A stretch of DNA of 64,000 bases from the NCBI GenBank assembly GCA_964016885.1, contig OZ024741.1:146568001-146632000 (forward strand), read 5' to 3'. The translations under genes and the position numbers were made by a program. The notes beneath the pieces were generated by a model. It did not search any database and was not told where the DNA came from. It saw only the letters and a program-made list of their open reading frames with translations. Shown in pieces: positions 11,895 to 24,600 of the stretch (position 1 is its first letter; each line of letters opens with the position of its first letter). Source of the DNA: Eledone cirrhosa. Its lineage: Eukaryota.

Positions 11895-12153
11895 GTGTTG
11901 TTTCCTTGAGCAAGACACTTTATTTCACACTGCTCCAGTTTACTCAGCTGTAGAAGTGAGATGATAGGGACTGGGGTCCCTATCATTCCACTGCAAAGTG
12001 GTTGTGGAGGTGCCACGGCAAAAAAGCACCCAGCATTCACTGTAAATGAGGTTGGTGTTAGGAAGGGCATCCAGCTGTAGAAATCAAGCCAGAATCAGTT
12101 CCCGTCCCACCCTTGTAAGCAGGGAAAAAGCGGATGTAAAATGAAATGATGAT
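11895..12153 (+). mobile_element. CORE-like SINE with RTE-derived 3' tail, family B (5'-truncated)
   Basis: CCTTGAGCAAGACACTTTATTTCAC CORE-like block, then GGTGTTAGGAAGGGCATCCAGCTGTAGAAA shared with the RTE 3' UTR, and a GAT tail; matches 59690-60013 and 60970-61252. Confidence 0.85.
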
Positions 12154-12317
12154 GGCACAAACAATTTTCTGATTTATTTAAGACAACTCTTCACATAGTA
12201 TATCAGTGAAGAATTCTATAATTTGAAAGAGTAGAAGTAATTTTACACTGATTGAAACCACTTTAGCAAATTAGCATATTATTTCTATACAGCAATGAGT
12301 TATAGTGATAGTGTATA

Positions 12318-12349
<32 letters not shown>

Positions 12350-13957
12350 GAGAGATTGAAAGATGGTCTCAAAGGCTTGGTCAGTGATTGGCACTCCAAG
12401 GGAGCATCACACTGATGAGGGAGCACCACGCAATAGAGGGGAAAAGGACTCTGTAAGCAGGTTTACAGTCTGCTAATGTGAAGTTTGATGGCTGAGGGGC
12501 TAGAGATTACATTTGGAACTGTTGACATGAAGGCCTCTATGACCAAGTTCCTCAATCATCGTCTTTGTGGTTGCAAGGACCTTACCTGGAGTAGCTCCCC
12601 GTCCAAACAAACATCATCCAGATACCAGACATTCAAATCCAGGTCAGTTCCTATCTTGGTGACATCAGATAGGATGAAAAGAGCAGGTCTGAGCAGGTTA
12701 CCATGTTTGACTCCTGGGGCAGATAGAATGAAATGGTTACTAAAGGAGAGGTAGAAGGGCTCCTGATAGGCTTGCCAAGAAAAGTGGTAAAACTGATGGA
12801 CCTTCTCCTTTACTGAACAGAGGATTACATCCCATCTGATGAAATTGAAAGTGTTCCTGAGATTTAACTTGAGGATAACCTAGGGGTCTCAGAAGTCAAT
12901 TGATTGAATCAGTAATACACTGGGAAAGGGAGGACAGAGGAGGCAAACAGCCCCTTTAATACCAAATTCCTTGAATTCGACGTTGACAGCTTTCTTTAAG
13001 TTTGGTTATTATCCATTGATTGGTATAGAATTCTTCACCGACCTGAGGTGAGCAGCAGTGGGGGTGGACTCAAACAGCTCAAACTGCCATTATAGGGAAG
13101 ATGTAAGGGATCCAGATTTCGTGTTGGACACATGGAGAGAAACTAGAAAGCACAACAATTGTTTCTGCCAATCAGAGATGTTGTTAGATATGCAGACATT
13201 CTTCAGCAACTCGAAGAGAGCACAAGCAAAAAAGGTCCAAGATCCCTTTGGGATCTTGTTGATGAACTTCAACTTAGACAAGCCCCAGAAGGCAGCGGCA
13301 AAATTCTCAATAAGGATCTGAATGTTCGATCTAGGTTCTGACTTGCAAAGTAAATCAGAATTGATGTGGCATTGGTTACACGTCCATTTTGAGAAACTTT
13401 CGGCTTGAACCTTAGTAATGCCAAAGCAGCTCCTGTGATAGCTTAGGCTACAGGTGTGACATTTGATAGTCTTCAAATATCAACTTGTACGGGAGCAAAG
13501 AGCACAGTTTGTTGGTGAGTTGGCAGCATGAGAGGCGTCAGCATTAGAATTAGGATTCTGACGGGGTGGAGAAAACAGTGGTGGTAGATTAATGATAGAG
13601 GTAGAGGGAGGAACTGGATGATCAGCATTAACTCTGGCAGTGGTACTCAGATGGATGGTTGGCGGCATTGGCAGCAAGGTAGCTGTGAGATGAATAAAGG
13701 GATGAACAGAGCTAATTTTGACTGAATCCAATGATAAAGGGGAGGGAGATAAGGGGATACAAGTTAGCTTCTCTTGAATGAGACAGGGGCGGTGGGGAAC
13801 AGGAAGACAAAGGTTGATAGGATGTTATGAAATCCTCTAACCATGTGGGTCTCCTGGTCACTTGGCACATGACCTTAGAATAATTTAGATTTAAATCTAA
13901 ATGGTGACATTTTATTTTTTAACTGACCATCAATGTTAAATCAACTATTCGATGGGC

Positions 13958-13958
<1 letters not shown>
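12350..13958 (-). mobile_element. Decayed CRE-like (restriction-like endonuclease class) non-LTR retrotransposon in a (TA)n tract
   Basis: Minus-strand remnants KLNLRNTFNFIRWD, GVKHGNLLRPALF, VWYLDDVCL (CRE-type KLDFxNAFN / GVQQGDPLGP / WYLDD); N-terminal PHD finger 13369-13506; (TA)n on both flanks. Confidence 0.7.
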
Positions 13959-13992
<34 letters not shown>

Positions 13993-14436
13993 ACTTTTTG
14001 TGAACAAAAGCAGAAGTAGGCACTCAATGTATGTTGTATTTATACTGAGCTTTCTTTCTTGTTCCTCAAGTTTCACACCACTGTAATCTTCAGATGAGAA
14101 GTGTGTGTGTGATAAGCCAACAAAAATCAGTTAGTGCCACCAGAAAACAATACATTACATCAATAGTATAATAGCATAAATCATAAAAGGAAAAAATATA
14201 AATGCCTTAACATTTCAAATCATTGCCTGTCATCTGAAAGGAAAACATGGAAAGAGAACTGAAATTGCCATTGACCTGAAAGAGGTCAGGAAGCAGAGAT
14301 AAGTACTAAACAAAAATATAGGAAGTGTAAACATCAGTACATGTGCATAATGTGCATAGGTCAATGACCTACAGTCAGTGAGCTCTATGAAGTTATTTAG
14401 TGTATGTAATCATGTGTGGTATTTTGGAGAAAATTT

Positions 14437-14486
14437 TGTGCGTGTGTGTGCATGTGTGTGCGTGCATGTGTGTGCGTGTGTGTGTA

Positions 14487-14535
<49 letters not shown>
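14437..14535. repeat. (GT)n microsatellite
   Basis: Imperfect GT run. Confidence 0.95.
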
Positions 14536-14744
14536 ACGCGCGTGCCTGTGCATGCTTGCACTGTATTAGTAAACAGGACCAAACAATCATATTATTAGGA
14601 TGTCATATTATTAATAAAACAATCTCCTTTGTGATTTAGAAGGAAATCTCTAAGGTCTTCAAATTCTTTTCTAATTATAAAGTTAGAAATAGAATTTAGT
14701 CTACAATGTTGGCAACAAACAAAGCCTGTATTGCATCTAGAAAA

Positions 14745-15005
14745 TCTATACTAATAGCCATCAGAAAACTTTTTTTATTACTGGCCATTAAAAAAAATAA
14801 TACAATTAGCCATTAGCAAATAATATAGCTAAATCTATGGTGTTAGCCAGCAGCAAATAATATAGCTAAATCTATAATGTTAGCTGTCAGCAAATAATAT
14901 AGCTAAATCTATGGTGTTGGCCACCAGCAAATAATATGGTTAAATCTCTAGTGTTAGGCATTAGCAAATGACAAAGATAAATTTATAGTGTTAGCCATCA
15001 TCAAA
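14745..15005. repeat. Minisatellite, unit about 38 bp, about 6 diverged copies
   Basis: Repeating TAGCCAGCAGCAAATAATATAGCTAAATCTATGGTGT. Confidence 0.9.
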
Positions 15006-15219
15006 TAATATAACCATCAACATGCTATTCACAACAGTTGTCCATAAAGAAATAGACCATGATAACAATAAAGTAAGGTAACAGAAAGTAAGGACTTGGT
15101 CAATGATTCTGTAATTGGAGTTACTTGGCTCCCAGAGGAAGATTTTAAATTTTATGGGAGCAATTGCAGAGAAATCCAAACTGAGAAAGAATACTGTACA
15201 TAGTGTACATTATGTTTAT

Positions 15220-15423
15220 ATATGAACTGAAATAACAATACACCCAACTATAGTAGTCTACATTGTGTATATATCTATAGTGTAAATTTTGTGTATATCA
15301 AATGAGAAACTAATATACCCAACTATTCTATACATTGTGTATATATGAAAAGAAATACCAAGATACGTAACTATATGTACATTGTAGATATATATCAAAT
15401 AGAATACCAATGTACCCAACTAT
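15220..15423. repeat. Degenerate tandem repeat, unit about 50 bp
   Basis: Recurring GAAATACCAATRTACCCAACTAT...TACATTGTGTATATAT. Confidence 0.75.
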
Positions 15424-15514
15424 AAGGATGATTATGAATTAATAGTTCACAAAAAAAAACTGCTGCTTCAGACTTAATTCTGTTTAAGATTACATAATTA
15501 ACGAGATTGGGAAA

Positions 15515-15665
15515 TCTTGTACCTGTAAAATGATTCTCAGTTTAAAAATTATTAGATGGCAATTCCAGATAGGGAAGAAATTGACTAAACCTGAAATTGC
15601 AAGGAGAGGAATATGATCTGGGTTTCTGAGAACCATTGAACCAGATATTAAGCTTGCTGTAAACA
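15515..15665 (+). pseudogene. hAT (Buster/Charlie-like) transposase C-terminal relic
   Basis: Translation KKLTKPEIARRG..FLRTIEPDIKL resembles the Buster-type KxRNRLxIxxRGDLRLxLTxIEPDI end; contains a stop. Confidence 0.45.
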
Positions 15666-16074
15666 TTTTGTTAAGGAAGGAGTAAGAAATAGTTTAGATT
15701 TATTTGTTAAGAAAAATATTCACCGTCAAGTTAAATATAAAAACCAGAATCTTAAGTATATTTATACTTTTTAATACACTTTTGTTCAATTTTTCATGGG
15801 TTGGATAGTCCTGTAAATTTAAATATTTGCATAGGTAAGTTGAGAATATATTTTATAATTTGACATGCTTCTCTGATACAAATGCTATAATTGATAAGAT
15901 CAGAGTAAATTATTATATTTAAGAGCATAACACAATACCAAAGGAAAGAAATGAAAATATGGGAGTATGCAAGTTTATATATTTTTTCACTAGGTATGTA
16001 TTTTGTCCAGAGGTAAAATAGTCCTACTATCAATAGCACAGCCTATTTGATGTAAATATGTGTATAAGACCTCT

Positions 16075-16356
16075 CTCAGTAACAACAAAGTGTGTTTCAG
16101 TTGAATTGATCAACAGAACAGCCAGTTCATCAAATTAACATGCAAGTGGTTAAGCATTACACAGACACGTGTACCTTTAATGTTCTCAGGGAGATTCAGT
16201 GTGACACAGGTGACAAAATTGGTCCTTTGTATTACAGGTAAAACTCATTTTCACCAGCTGAGTGAACTAGAGCAATGTGAAATAAAGTGTCTTACTCAAA
16301 GACACAATGCACTGAAATGACTTGAACTGATAATCTGCTAAACACCTCAACCACAT
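16075..16356 (-). mobile_element. CORE-like tRNA SINE with AGGGAGATTCAG...TTACAGGTA body
   Basis: AATGTGAAATAAAGTGTCTT CORE-like block plus a body shared with 32190-32640, 37200-37650, 45440-45690. Confidence 0.75.
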
Positions 16357-16582
16357 GAAATCATATTCATCTTATTTAATGCAAAGAATTTATGCATTCG
16401 AATGCTCCAAAGAACCTAAAGAGTGCAATAAATATAGCCCGTCAGATTTTAATTACCCTATATACTCGTATATAAGCCAAGAAATATGTGACAAAAAAAT
16501 CGATGGTAAAATGGGTGTTTGGATTATATTTCAGGTCAACATTTTGATGATTTTCACCAACATCAAATTCTATGTAAATAAT

Positions 16583-16769
16583 TGTTTCTACTATTGGCAC
16601 AAGGCCAGCAATTATCCCAGTGCATTACTGGTACTGTATTTTATCGACCCCGTAAGGATGAAAGGCAAAGTTAACCTAGGCGGGATTTGAACTCAGAATG
16701 GCAAGGGACGTAACTCTATGCATCAAAGCATGGCGTCCAACCCTCTACCGATACTGCCAATTCACCGCC
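16583..16769 (-). mobile_element. SINE family A, full length
   Basis: 13-bp TSD CTATGTAAATAAT at 16570-16582 and 16770-16782. Confidence 0.92.
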
Positions 16770-17262
16770 CTATGTAAATAATGTGCTAAAATATCTGGAG
16801 TGATTATTTTACAATGAAACACTGATTTTCTACATTTACAACATCGTCACGAGTGTTATTTATGCATTCCCAACAAATTTTTATAATTTGAACTTTTTAA
16901 TACTTAAAAATATCCCCTACATACACACACACACACACACACACACGCATGCACACATGCACACACTCACACATACATGCATGCTGACTGTTTTACTCTA
17001 TGACTTAATTATACTTTTTCTTTCAATCTTACTTCTGTCATGTATTTTACTGCTCTCACTCTCTTCCTTCTCTCGTTCTCACCTTCCCTTCTCTCTCACT
17101 TGCTGTTTCTCCTCCTTCTATGCTGAATCTTTACACAATGTTCTCTTAGTTGATTTCTTTCTTTCAACTATTCTCTATTCATTATGTCCACTTGCACATA
17201 GTTTTGATCTTTTAGTGATTTTAATTATCTCCATAATGGTCAAAGAATTTTTTTTAAATAAT

Positions 17263-17374
17263 TGTTTCTACATTTGGCACAAGGCCAGCAATTACCCAGT
17301 GTATTTCTGGTACTTTATTTTATCGACCCCGAAAGGATGAAAGGCAAAGTTAACCTCGGCAGGATTTGAACTCA
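17263..17374 (-). mobile_element. SINE family A, 5'-truncated
   Basis: Same body as 16583-16769; flanked by AGAATTTTTTT(T)AAATAAT duplication. Confidence 0.88.
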
Positions 17375-18309
17375 GAATTTTTTTAAAATAATATCTTAAA
17401 CTCATATTTTTCTACAGGGTAAATGGGTAGACTAATAATATATCAAATGTTAGTGGTTTTCTGCTAAAAAAAAAAGAATAAAATTCTCCCAGCATTTGAG
17501 TAGCCAGAAATAAATTAAAATTTGAGAAACTTGTTGAAAAAAGCAGATCAAATGGTAAAAATCATTATGTAATGGAGTTTTGAAACAAAAACTATATTAT
17601 AAATGACAATTAAAACACTTTAAATTTCAAAATATTGACACTTCATAGATATAATGTCCACTCATGAGAATTTCCAACCTGCATCATCTAACAAGCATGG
17701 GTTGATCATCTGCCTTTGGTTTGGATTTTTCCCCATTTCTCAAACATAAACTAGGGAGATTGGCTTATATTTGGATCAGCTTATATTTGAGTATATATGG
17801 TAGATCAATGTTCTTAGATCTTATTTACTCCCTACGCGTGTAATTATTAACTTGAATCAGCCATATTCACTTTATCAGACTGCGCTAATTAATACAATGT
17901 GTGTATTTAGGAAGAAATTATAATGCTATTTTTCTAACTCCTCTTATATTGAGTGATGACACGTGGCTGAGTGGGTAATGTGCTGGGCTCACAATTGTAA
18001 AGATGTGAGTTCAATAACTCCCTGACCAGGCCGCATGTTGTTTTCTTTAGCCTGATATTATATTTACTATTGCTCCAGTCCACTCAGGTGGAAAAAAGAG
18101 TTGTGCTGACACTAGTGCCAGGCTGTACTAGCCTTTGCTTTCCCTCAGACAATATCGGTGTTGTAGAAAAGGATACTTGCATGCATGGGCGACTGTTGAT
18201 CTTCCACCCAAGACCATGCTCAGGTTTGCTCTTTTGAGAGACAAACTCATAGTACTTTCCTTTTTTCTTATATTTAATGGTGGTTCATAACATGTTGACT
18301 ATTTATTTC

Positions 18310-18680
18310 TCTGAGATGTACAAAAGAGAAATATATCAAATCTATGAAGCAGAAGCTAGTAGCAGCAACAAACAAAATCAAATGATGAAATTGATAGATT
18401 TTTTCTATCTACGAAACCAAGCTGACAATGGTACTACTGACCAAGAAGATATATCATATAAAGCTAGATAATATCTGAAATTAATAGCAAATTCAATTTG
18501 TAGAAACATTTATGCTTACAAAAATATTTGATAACAGTAACTTAAAGAATAATTGTAGAAGAAAGATGTGGTGAGGGAGCAAGTATTCTTTGAACAGCAT
18601 TCAAAATAACTGGTGATAATATTTCTATTTTGAGCCAAAGTATACAAAAGAAAGAATATGAAGTATGGACTAAAAATGTT
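18310..18680 (+). pseudogene. Decayed piggyBac-family transposase fragment
   Basis: One frame with stops: FFYLRNQADN..EDISYKAR*YLKLIANSICRNIY ... KVYKRKNMKYGLKML, matching piggyBac FLHFxDN..DxLYKVR..L..F...Y and KxxKYGIK. Confidence 0.6.
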
Positions 18681-18718
18681 AGTTTTTTTTTCTTGATTCC
18701 ATATAAAACAAATAGATA

Positions 18719-18720
<2 letters not shown>

Positions 18721-18791
<71 letters not shown>

Positions 18792-18803
18792 ACACACACA
18801 CAC
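18721..18803. repeat. (CA)n microsatellite
   Basis: CA run. Confidence 0.95.
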
Positions 18804-18944
18804 ATATAGTAACCCTGTGCATCTGCTTGAGAATAGGTACACCATATCCCTGCATGTCATAAGAAGTGACTAAAATATTACCTCAAGCAGTCCTGTCTAT
18901 CCCAAAAGTTGACACAAAAACGATGATAATATATATATATATGA

Positions 18945-19091
18945 TAAACATTGATGGCCAAATGAATTAACTATAGAAATATAAAAGATGCAGAAGCGAA
19001 AAAGAAAACCAACCAAACAGTAAGTGCGTCTGTTATATTATTTCTGGCAATAGTACAATAGTATTACAACATTATGAACCTCCCCAAGTAT

Positions 19092-19097
<6 letters not shown>
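18945..19097 (+). mobile_element. Penelope-like element 3' terminal fragment in (TA)n
   Basis: Homologous to 59510-59627; ends ATGAACCTCCCCAAGTATAACAA like the PLE terminus at 56977-56999. Confidence 0.8.
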
Positions 19098-19130
<33 letters not shown>

Positions 19131-19153
19131 AATAATTACCTTACGTTGTTTAT

Positions 19154-19197
<44 letters not shown>

Positions 19198-19333
19198 CGA
19201 GAAAAACCACAAACCCTCCATCTAAATTCTACTTTTGAAAAGCACAAGAACTGCGAAACCGGTAAAGGAACCAAATAAATATATTTAAAAAAAAAAAAAC
19301 TCCATTTGCATTTTCGATTTCATCTTTTTTTCT

Positions 19334-19371
<38 letters not shown>

Positions 19372-19376
19372 ATGTA

Positions 19377-19704
19377 TCCCATCCACACCACCCCGTTCTA
19401 TGTAAAGTTATGTTGGTGCCGCGCCATCCAGGCCGAAACAAATGAGATCGTGTAGGTGTCACGACAAACAAACACACAGTCCACGCTGTAATGTGGCCGT
19501 GTAGGCAACACGGTAAAAACCTCCCAGACCCACACTGTAAATGTGGTTGGTGTTAGGAAGGGCATCCAACTGTAGAAAACCTGCCAGACAGTCCTATGCG
19601 AGCAAGACAATCACTCTTGCCTCAAGTGGGACTACCCCCGTCCAAACCCATGCAAGCGTGGAACACGGACGTTAAACGTTGATGATGATGATGATGATGA
19701 TGAT
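19377..19704 (+). mobile_element. RTE LINE 3' UTR copy
   Basis: Nearly identical reverse complement of 8447-8770; (GAT)n tail. Confidence 0.95.
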
Positions 19705-20441
19705 AAAGATATGCATTTAAAATAACATTGTATATAAAACATTCAAACATTAACTAAACAAGCACTCAATACTGGTGCAGGAATATATTTTCTAAGCTGA
19801 AAAGTAACAGTGACTTCGAAATTTAGGGAAGATAAAGTGATCAAGATGAAACTTCCACCTCCACCTTTCTACTTATCTACTAAGAAAATAAATGTGTGTG
19901 TATGTATGTGTGTGTGTGCACACACACATGTGTATGTATACCTGATACTTATTTTAACTATTCTATAAAGCTGAAAGCCAAAGTCAATTGTAAAGTATTT
20001 AGTGGTAGAACATTAAACAACTGGTGCTGTCTGTTTATGTCCTATAACCTAGCAGTGCAACAATTAGAGGTCGATGAAATAAGTACCAAATTTTAAAAAG
20101 GAAATATGTAATGGTGTCGATATGATCAACTAAACCATTAGAGATAGTGACCTAGCTCAGCCACAGTCTAATGACTGAAACTAGTAAAAGAATAAAAGAA
20201 TAAATGAGTAAAGGCATTTGTTGAAGTAATGTACAGTGATTTTAACTTAATAATAACTGTGTAGTTGTTCAGTTAATGAGTTTGACCATGTAGTTATCAA
20301 CTACTGGTTTTCAGGTTCAGTTTAAATGCATAGCACCTTAGGCAAATATCTTCTCTAGCCTCAGGTCAGGTTGACCAATGCCTTCTGAGTAAAATTTGGT
20401 AGATGGAAAGTACAGAAATCTGTCATGTGTGTGTATATATA

Positions 20442-20558
20442 TTGTTATAGTTTGGGAGAGTCATGCTGCCAATCAAAACACATGTACCAAAGTATAACAA
20501 AATCTGTTTTAACACACGTTTTTAGATAAGAAATCTTGCAAATACAAAAACGAAATAT
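20442..20558 (+). mobile_element. Minimal internally deleted PLE derivative (inverted end, direct end, tail)
   Basis: TTGTTATAGTTTGGGAGAGTCATG...CCAAAGTATAACAA followed by a tail homologous to 57469-57532; TA flanks. Confidence 0.8.
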
Positions 20559-21524
20559 ATATATCATCATCATCATCATCATCATCATACGTCCGCTTTT
20601 CCCTGCTTGCAAGGGTGGGACGGGAACTGATTCTGGCTTGATTTCTACAGCTGGATGCCCTTCCTCACACCAACCTCATTTACAGTGAGTGCTGGGTGCT
20701 TTTTTTTGCCGTGGCACTGCCCACAACACGACAACCCGTCTAACTCATGCTAGCGAGGAAGAACGGATGTAAAACAGTGATGATGATGATGATGATGATG
20801 TATATATATATGTATTTATGTATGTGTGTGTCTATGTCTGTCTTCATGTTTTTGTTGGTGTCACTGTTCATGACCCATGGCTTAGAGGTTTGAGATAAAA
20901 TATGATAGAATAAGTACAAGGTTTGATATGATTGACCAAATCTCTTCAAGTTGCTACCCTATGATGATTGCAGCCATATGGCTGAAACCAGTAAAAGAAT
21001 AAAAGAACTGATATTTCTGTGTGAAGCAATATCAAAATAAATGCTTATCTTATCTACAGGTCATACTCTAAAAACAATATTGAGTATGTTTAGTCAAGTA
21101 CAAGACATTGACATCATATTACTTGTCTGTATTTTTCTAGGTGACACTTTTATTGAACAAATGAAGTTAATCTGTCTATGTTATTCCTGAGAATTTATCA
21201 CTTTAAAACAATCTAATAACATTTCAGAATGAAGAATTATCATTATTATTGTTTTTTTTTTCATGGTTAATATTTATAGAGGGTGGAATGGTAGTAAAAA
21301 TAGACATTCAGTTTCACTACACTACAAGCCAATAAGGCAGTCACTATGTGGCAGCTTAGTCTACTAAAATTAGTAACCAAATCTCCCTCAATTCACACCC
21401 TAACATCCTAGAAAAGAACGTGACACATTATATAATGCAGTCGATGCTAACTCTGAAAATACAGGATAGTCACAGCTGTTTTTATCACTTATATTATAGG
21501 CCTGCTTAATCAGAGCTAAAATAA

Positions 21525-21741
21525 TGGTTTCTGATTTAGACACAAGGCCAAACATTATTTGGGAAAGGGAAAGTCAAATAAATCGACCCCAGTACATTAC
21601 TGGTACTTTATTTTATCGACTATGTAAGGATGAAAAGCTAAGCTAACCACAGTGGGATTTGAACTCAGAACGTAAAGGGCCTTACTTTATGCCACTAACC
21701 ATGTTGTCTGACGCTCCACTGATTCTGCCAAATCACTGCCC
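21525..21741 (-). mobile_element. SINE family A (long variant)
   Basis: Family A body; flanking duplication TAATCAGRGCTAAAAT. Confidence 0.85.
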
Positions 21742-23782
21742 TAATCAGGGCTAAAATCATAATAATAATAAGAGATATATTTAGATAAATTTATTGATAT
21801 GAAAACTTCTCAAATCAATCAATTTATCTAAATTCCTCCCTTGAGTCAGTGAAGAAATCATTGTTACTATTTTTGGAAATATGTGAAGGAATATAAATGG
21901 TAGAAAGACTTTATGAAATGTAAAACAAAAAAGCAATTTATAGCTCTTATGCAGGTGTAGCTGTTCTCATATACATTTGCATCTCATAGGAGATTTCTTG
22001 GGTGTTTTAATGATAGGAACCCCAGTACTACGATATTGTTGCAGCTCACACATATGCAGGTTTAGCTGGCCTCTTATGAGATTGCATCATTGTTATTGAT
22101 TTTATTGCTTATTCACTCTTAAAATGAAATGATAATGCAATGAAAATTACAGCTCACACCTAAACCTGGTTTAGCAGAGCTCATACAAGACTGCATATCA
22201 TAGGACAATTTTTTATCGTTTTAATGATAGAGGTTTTAACCTTATCATAAAATGCAACAATAAATGAAGCATCTTGTTCAAAAACACAACATCCTGCCTA
22301 GTCTAGGAATCAAACACATGACCTTATGATCGTGAATCAACACTCTCCCACACTTGAATAGATACTATTTAAAACTAATCTAATGCGAAACAAAAAATAA
22401 CTGTAATAAAGGGTTACTGTTAATAAAGCCAGTTTTATTCGTTTCTTTTTGTGAAATGTTGCAAGTTTTGTGTTTTTTATGACCCAGCAAATCATAAGAA
22501 TTTAAATACCATTATGAAATTCAAGAAGTGTTTTTCCTAAAATAAATTTACTTTAGATACAGATTTGCTTAGAATTTAAAATGAATAGCTAGTGGTGTGT
22601 TATATCTATTTATAAATATTGTTTGTTTCAAATTCTTGTGTTTCATAATGATGAAGAAAATACTTTGTTAATTTCACATGAAATAAAACGATGTCTTATT
22701 ATTTACTAAATTTTTGTATGAGAATTATTATAAACAGCAATATAATGTAGAGAATATTATAGATCTTTTATATTCATCTAAACTGAAATAATTTAAACCA
22801 TTTTCATAGTAAATTGCCTGAAGCCTCACCTGGTTTTATGATACAAAGCTGTTTTTCAAATGTTTGTATTTGTCTAAAAACTTTCAATAACCGTTGTTAA
22901 GTTATATTCCAAGCACCAGATACATAAGAAATTAATTATATTATTAAACTCCTTCAAATTCTTGATTATTTTCAAAATTATTTGAAAATCATAGGGAGTG
23001 TCTTTCATTAAAATCATATTAACAAAAGGGTTAACGTATACAGAAAAGCCCTGCTTTTCATCGATGCACATAAACCAAACTTATTTTACATATTTTATTT
23101 ACTGTTTTCCTTTTTTTAATCCTGATTCAAACCACTACTAGTCTCCTTGGTGAAAGATGGGAAACTAGAAAATAAATAAAGAGGGGACAAAAATGCACTG
23201 AGCAAATAAAAGGATCAAAGTCCCTTAAAAAGAGGTCCCAACCCACACAGAGGGGCTTGCATATATGAGATCCAACAGAAAACGACATGAACGTGTAACT
23301 CCTAAAAACTAAAAATATAAGGGCAGAAGAAATGATGTGCTGATTGAACAGAGAAAATATGGGACAAATACCAAAACCTCCTAAAAAAGAGTCTTAGTAA
23401 GACGCACACTACCATGGATACTGATTAACTCTCCTTGAGAATGTGAAGAAACTTCAAGTTCCAGCTCAATATATCCATATCTGAATTCAGGATCAACGTC
23501 ATGCCAAAATTAGAATGTACAAGTGACACAAATAGGGGGGTAGTAATTCTGAATAAAGATGGATTTACAGGCCTATCCAACTCATGCCAGCATGGAAAGC
23601 AAATGTAAAATTATGAAGATGTTAGTGATCTTGCTGATGATGGTAATATTCACTTGATGTAAAAATCTCCCAGACCTTGCGACTTGCCTTTATGATGTCC
23701 CTCTACATTGCCCCACCACCATCACCACTGCCAAATTATTATTGATAGTATTATTATTTTTGTTGTTATTATTATTATTATT

Positions 23783-24600
23783 TGGGCAGGCATTGGCAGT
23801 ATCGGTAGAGCATTGGACACCATGCTTTGGAGCATAGAGTTACAGCCCTTTACATTCTGAGTTCAAATCCTGCTGAGGTTAGCTTTGCCTTTCAACCTTA
23901 CAAGGTCAACAACATAAAGCACCAATAATGCACTGGGGTCGAGCTAATTGACTTTCCCCTCCTATTAAATTGCTGGCCTTATACCTAAATCAGAAATCAT
24001 TTTTATTATTATTTTATTATCATTGGTGAATTGGCAGTATCAGTAGAGGGTCAGACGCCATGCTTTCTAGCATAGTTATGTCCCTTTATGATCTGAGTTC
24101 AAATCCCGCCGAGGTTAACTTTGCCTTTCATCCTTACGGTGTCGATAAAATAAAGTACCAGTAATGTACTAGGTAATTGCTGGCCTTGTGCCAAAAAGTA
24201 GAAACAATTATTATTATTATTATCATTTTATGCTTTGCAGCCCTTTACGTTCTGAGTTCAAATCCCGCAGAGATTAACTTTGCCTTTCATCCTTACGGGG
24301 TTGATAAAATAAAGTACCAGTAATGCACTGGGGTAATTGCTGGCCTTGTGCCAAACGTAGAAGCAATTATTATTATTTTAAGGGTGGCGGATTGGCAGAA
24401 TGATTAGGACATCAAATAAAGTGCTTTTCAGCATTTGTTTTCGCTCTTTATATTCTGAGTTCAAATACTGTCGAGGCAAACTTTGTCTTTCATCCTTCTG
24501 GGGTGGATGAAATAAAGTAACAGTGAAGTACTGGATTTGATTTAAATGACTTTCCCCTCTTCTAGCATGCTGGACATGAATCTAAATTTGAAATAATAAT
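23783..24600 (+). mobile_element. Cluster of four head-to-tail family A SINEs
   Basis: Copies at about 23783-23998, 24025-24210, 24233-24370 and 24381-24600, separated by (ATT)n. Confidence 0.9.

Larger units (their letters stand above)
16456..17800. mobile_element. Non-autonomous Tc2/pogo-like DNA transposon with nested SINEs
   Basis: TA-CCCTATATACTCGTATATAAGC ... GCTTATATTTGAGTATATATGG-TA terminal inverted repeats; two family A SINEs and a CA repeat inside. Confidence 0.7.

Noticed and set aside
14745-15005. Regularly spaced repeats resembling a CRISPR array
   Set aside because: Contiguous minisatellite units with no unique spacers, eukaryotic context and no cas genes
18405-18670. Possible minus-strand exon pair ending YYLALYDISSWSVVPLSAWFRR
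   Set aside because: Implied intron is only about 45 nt, and the plus strand is better explained as a piggyBac relic
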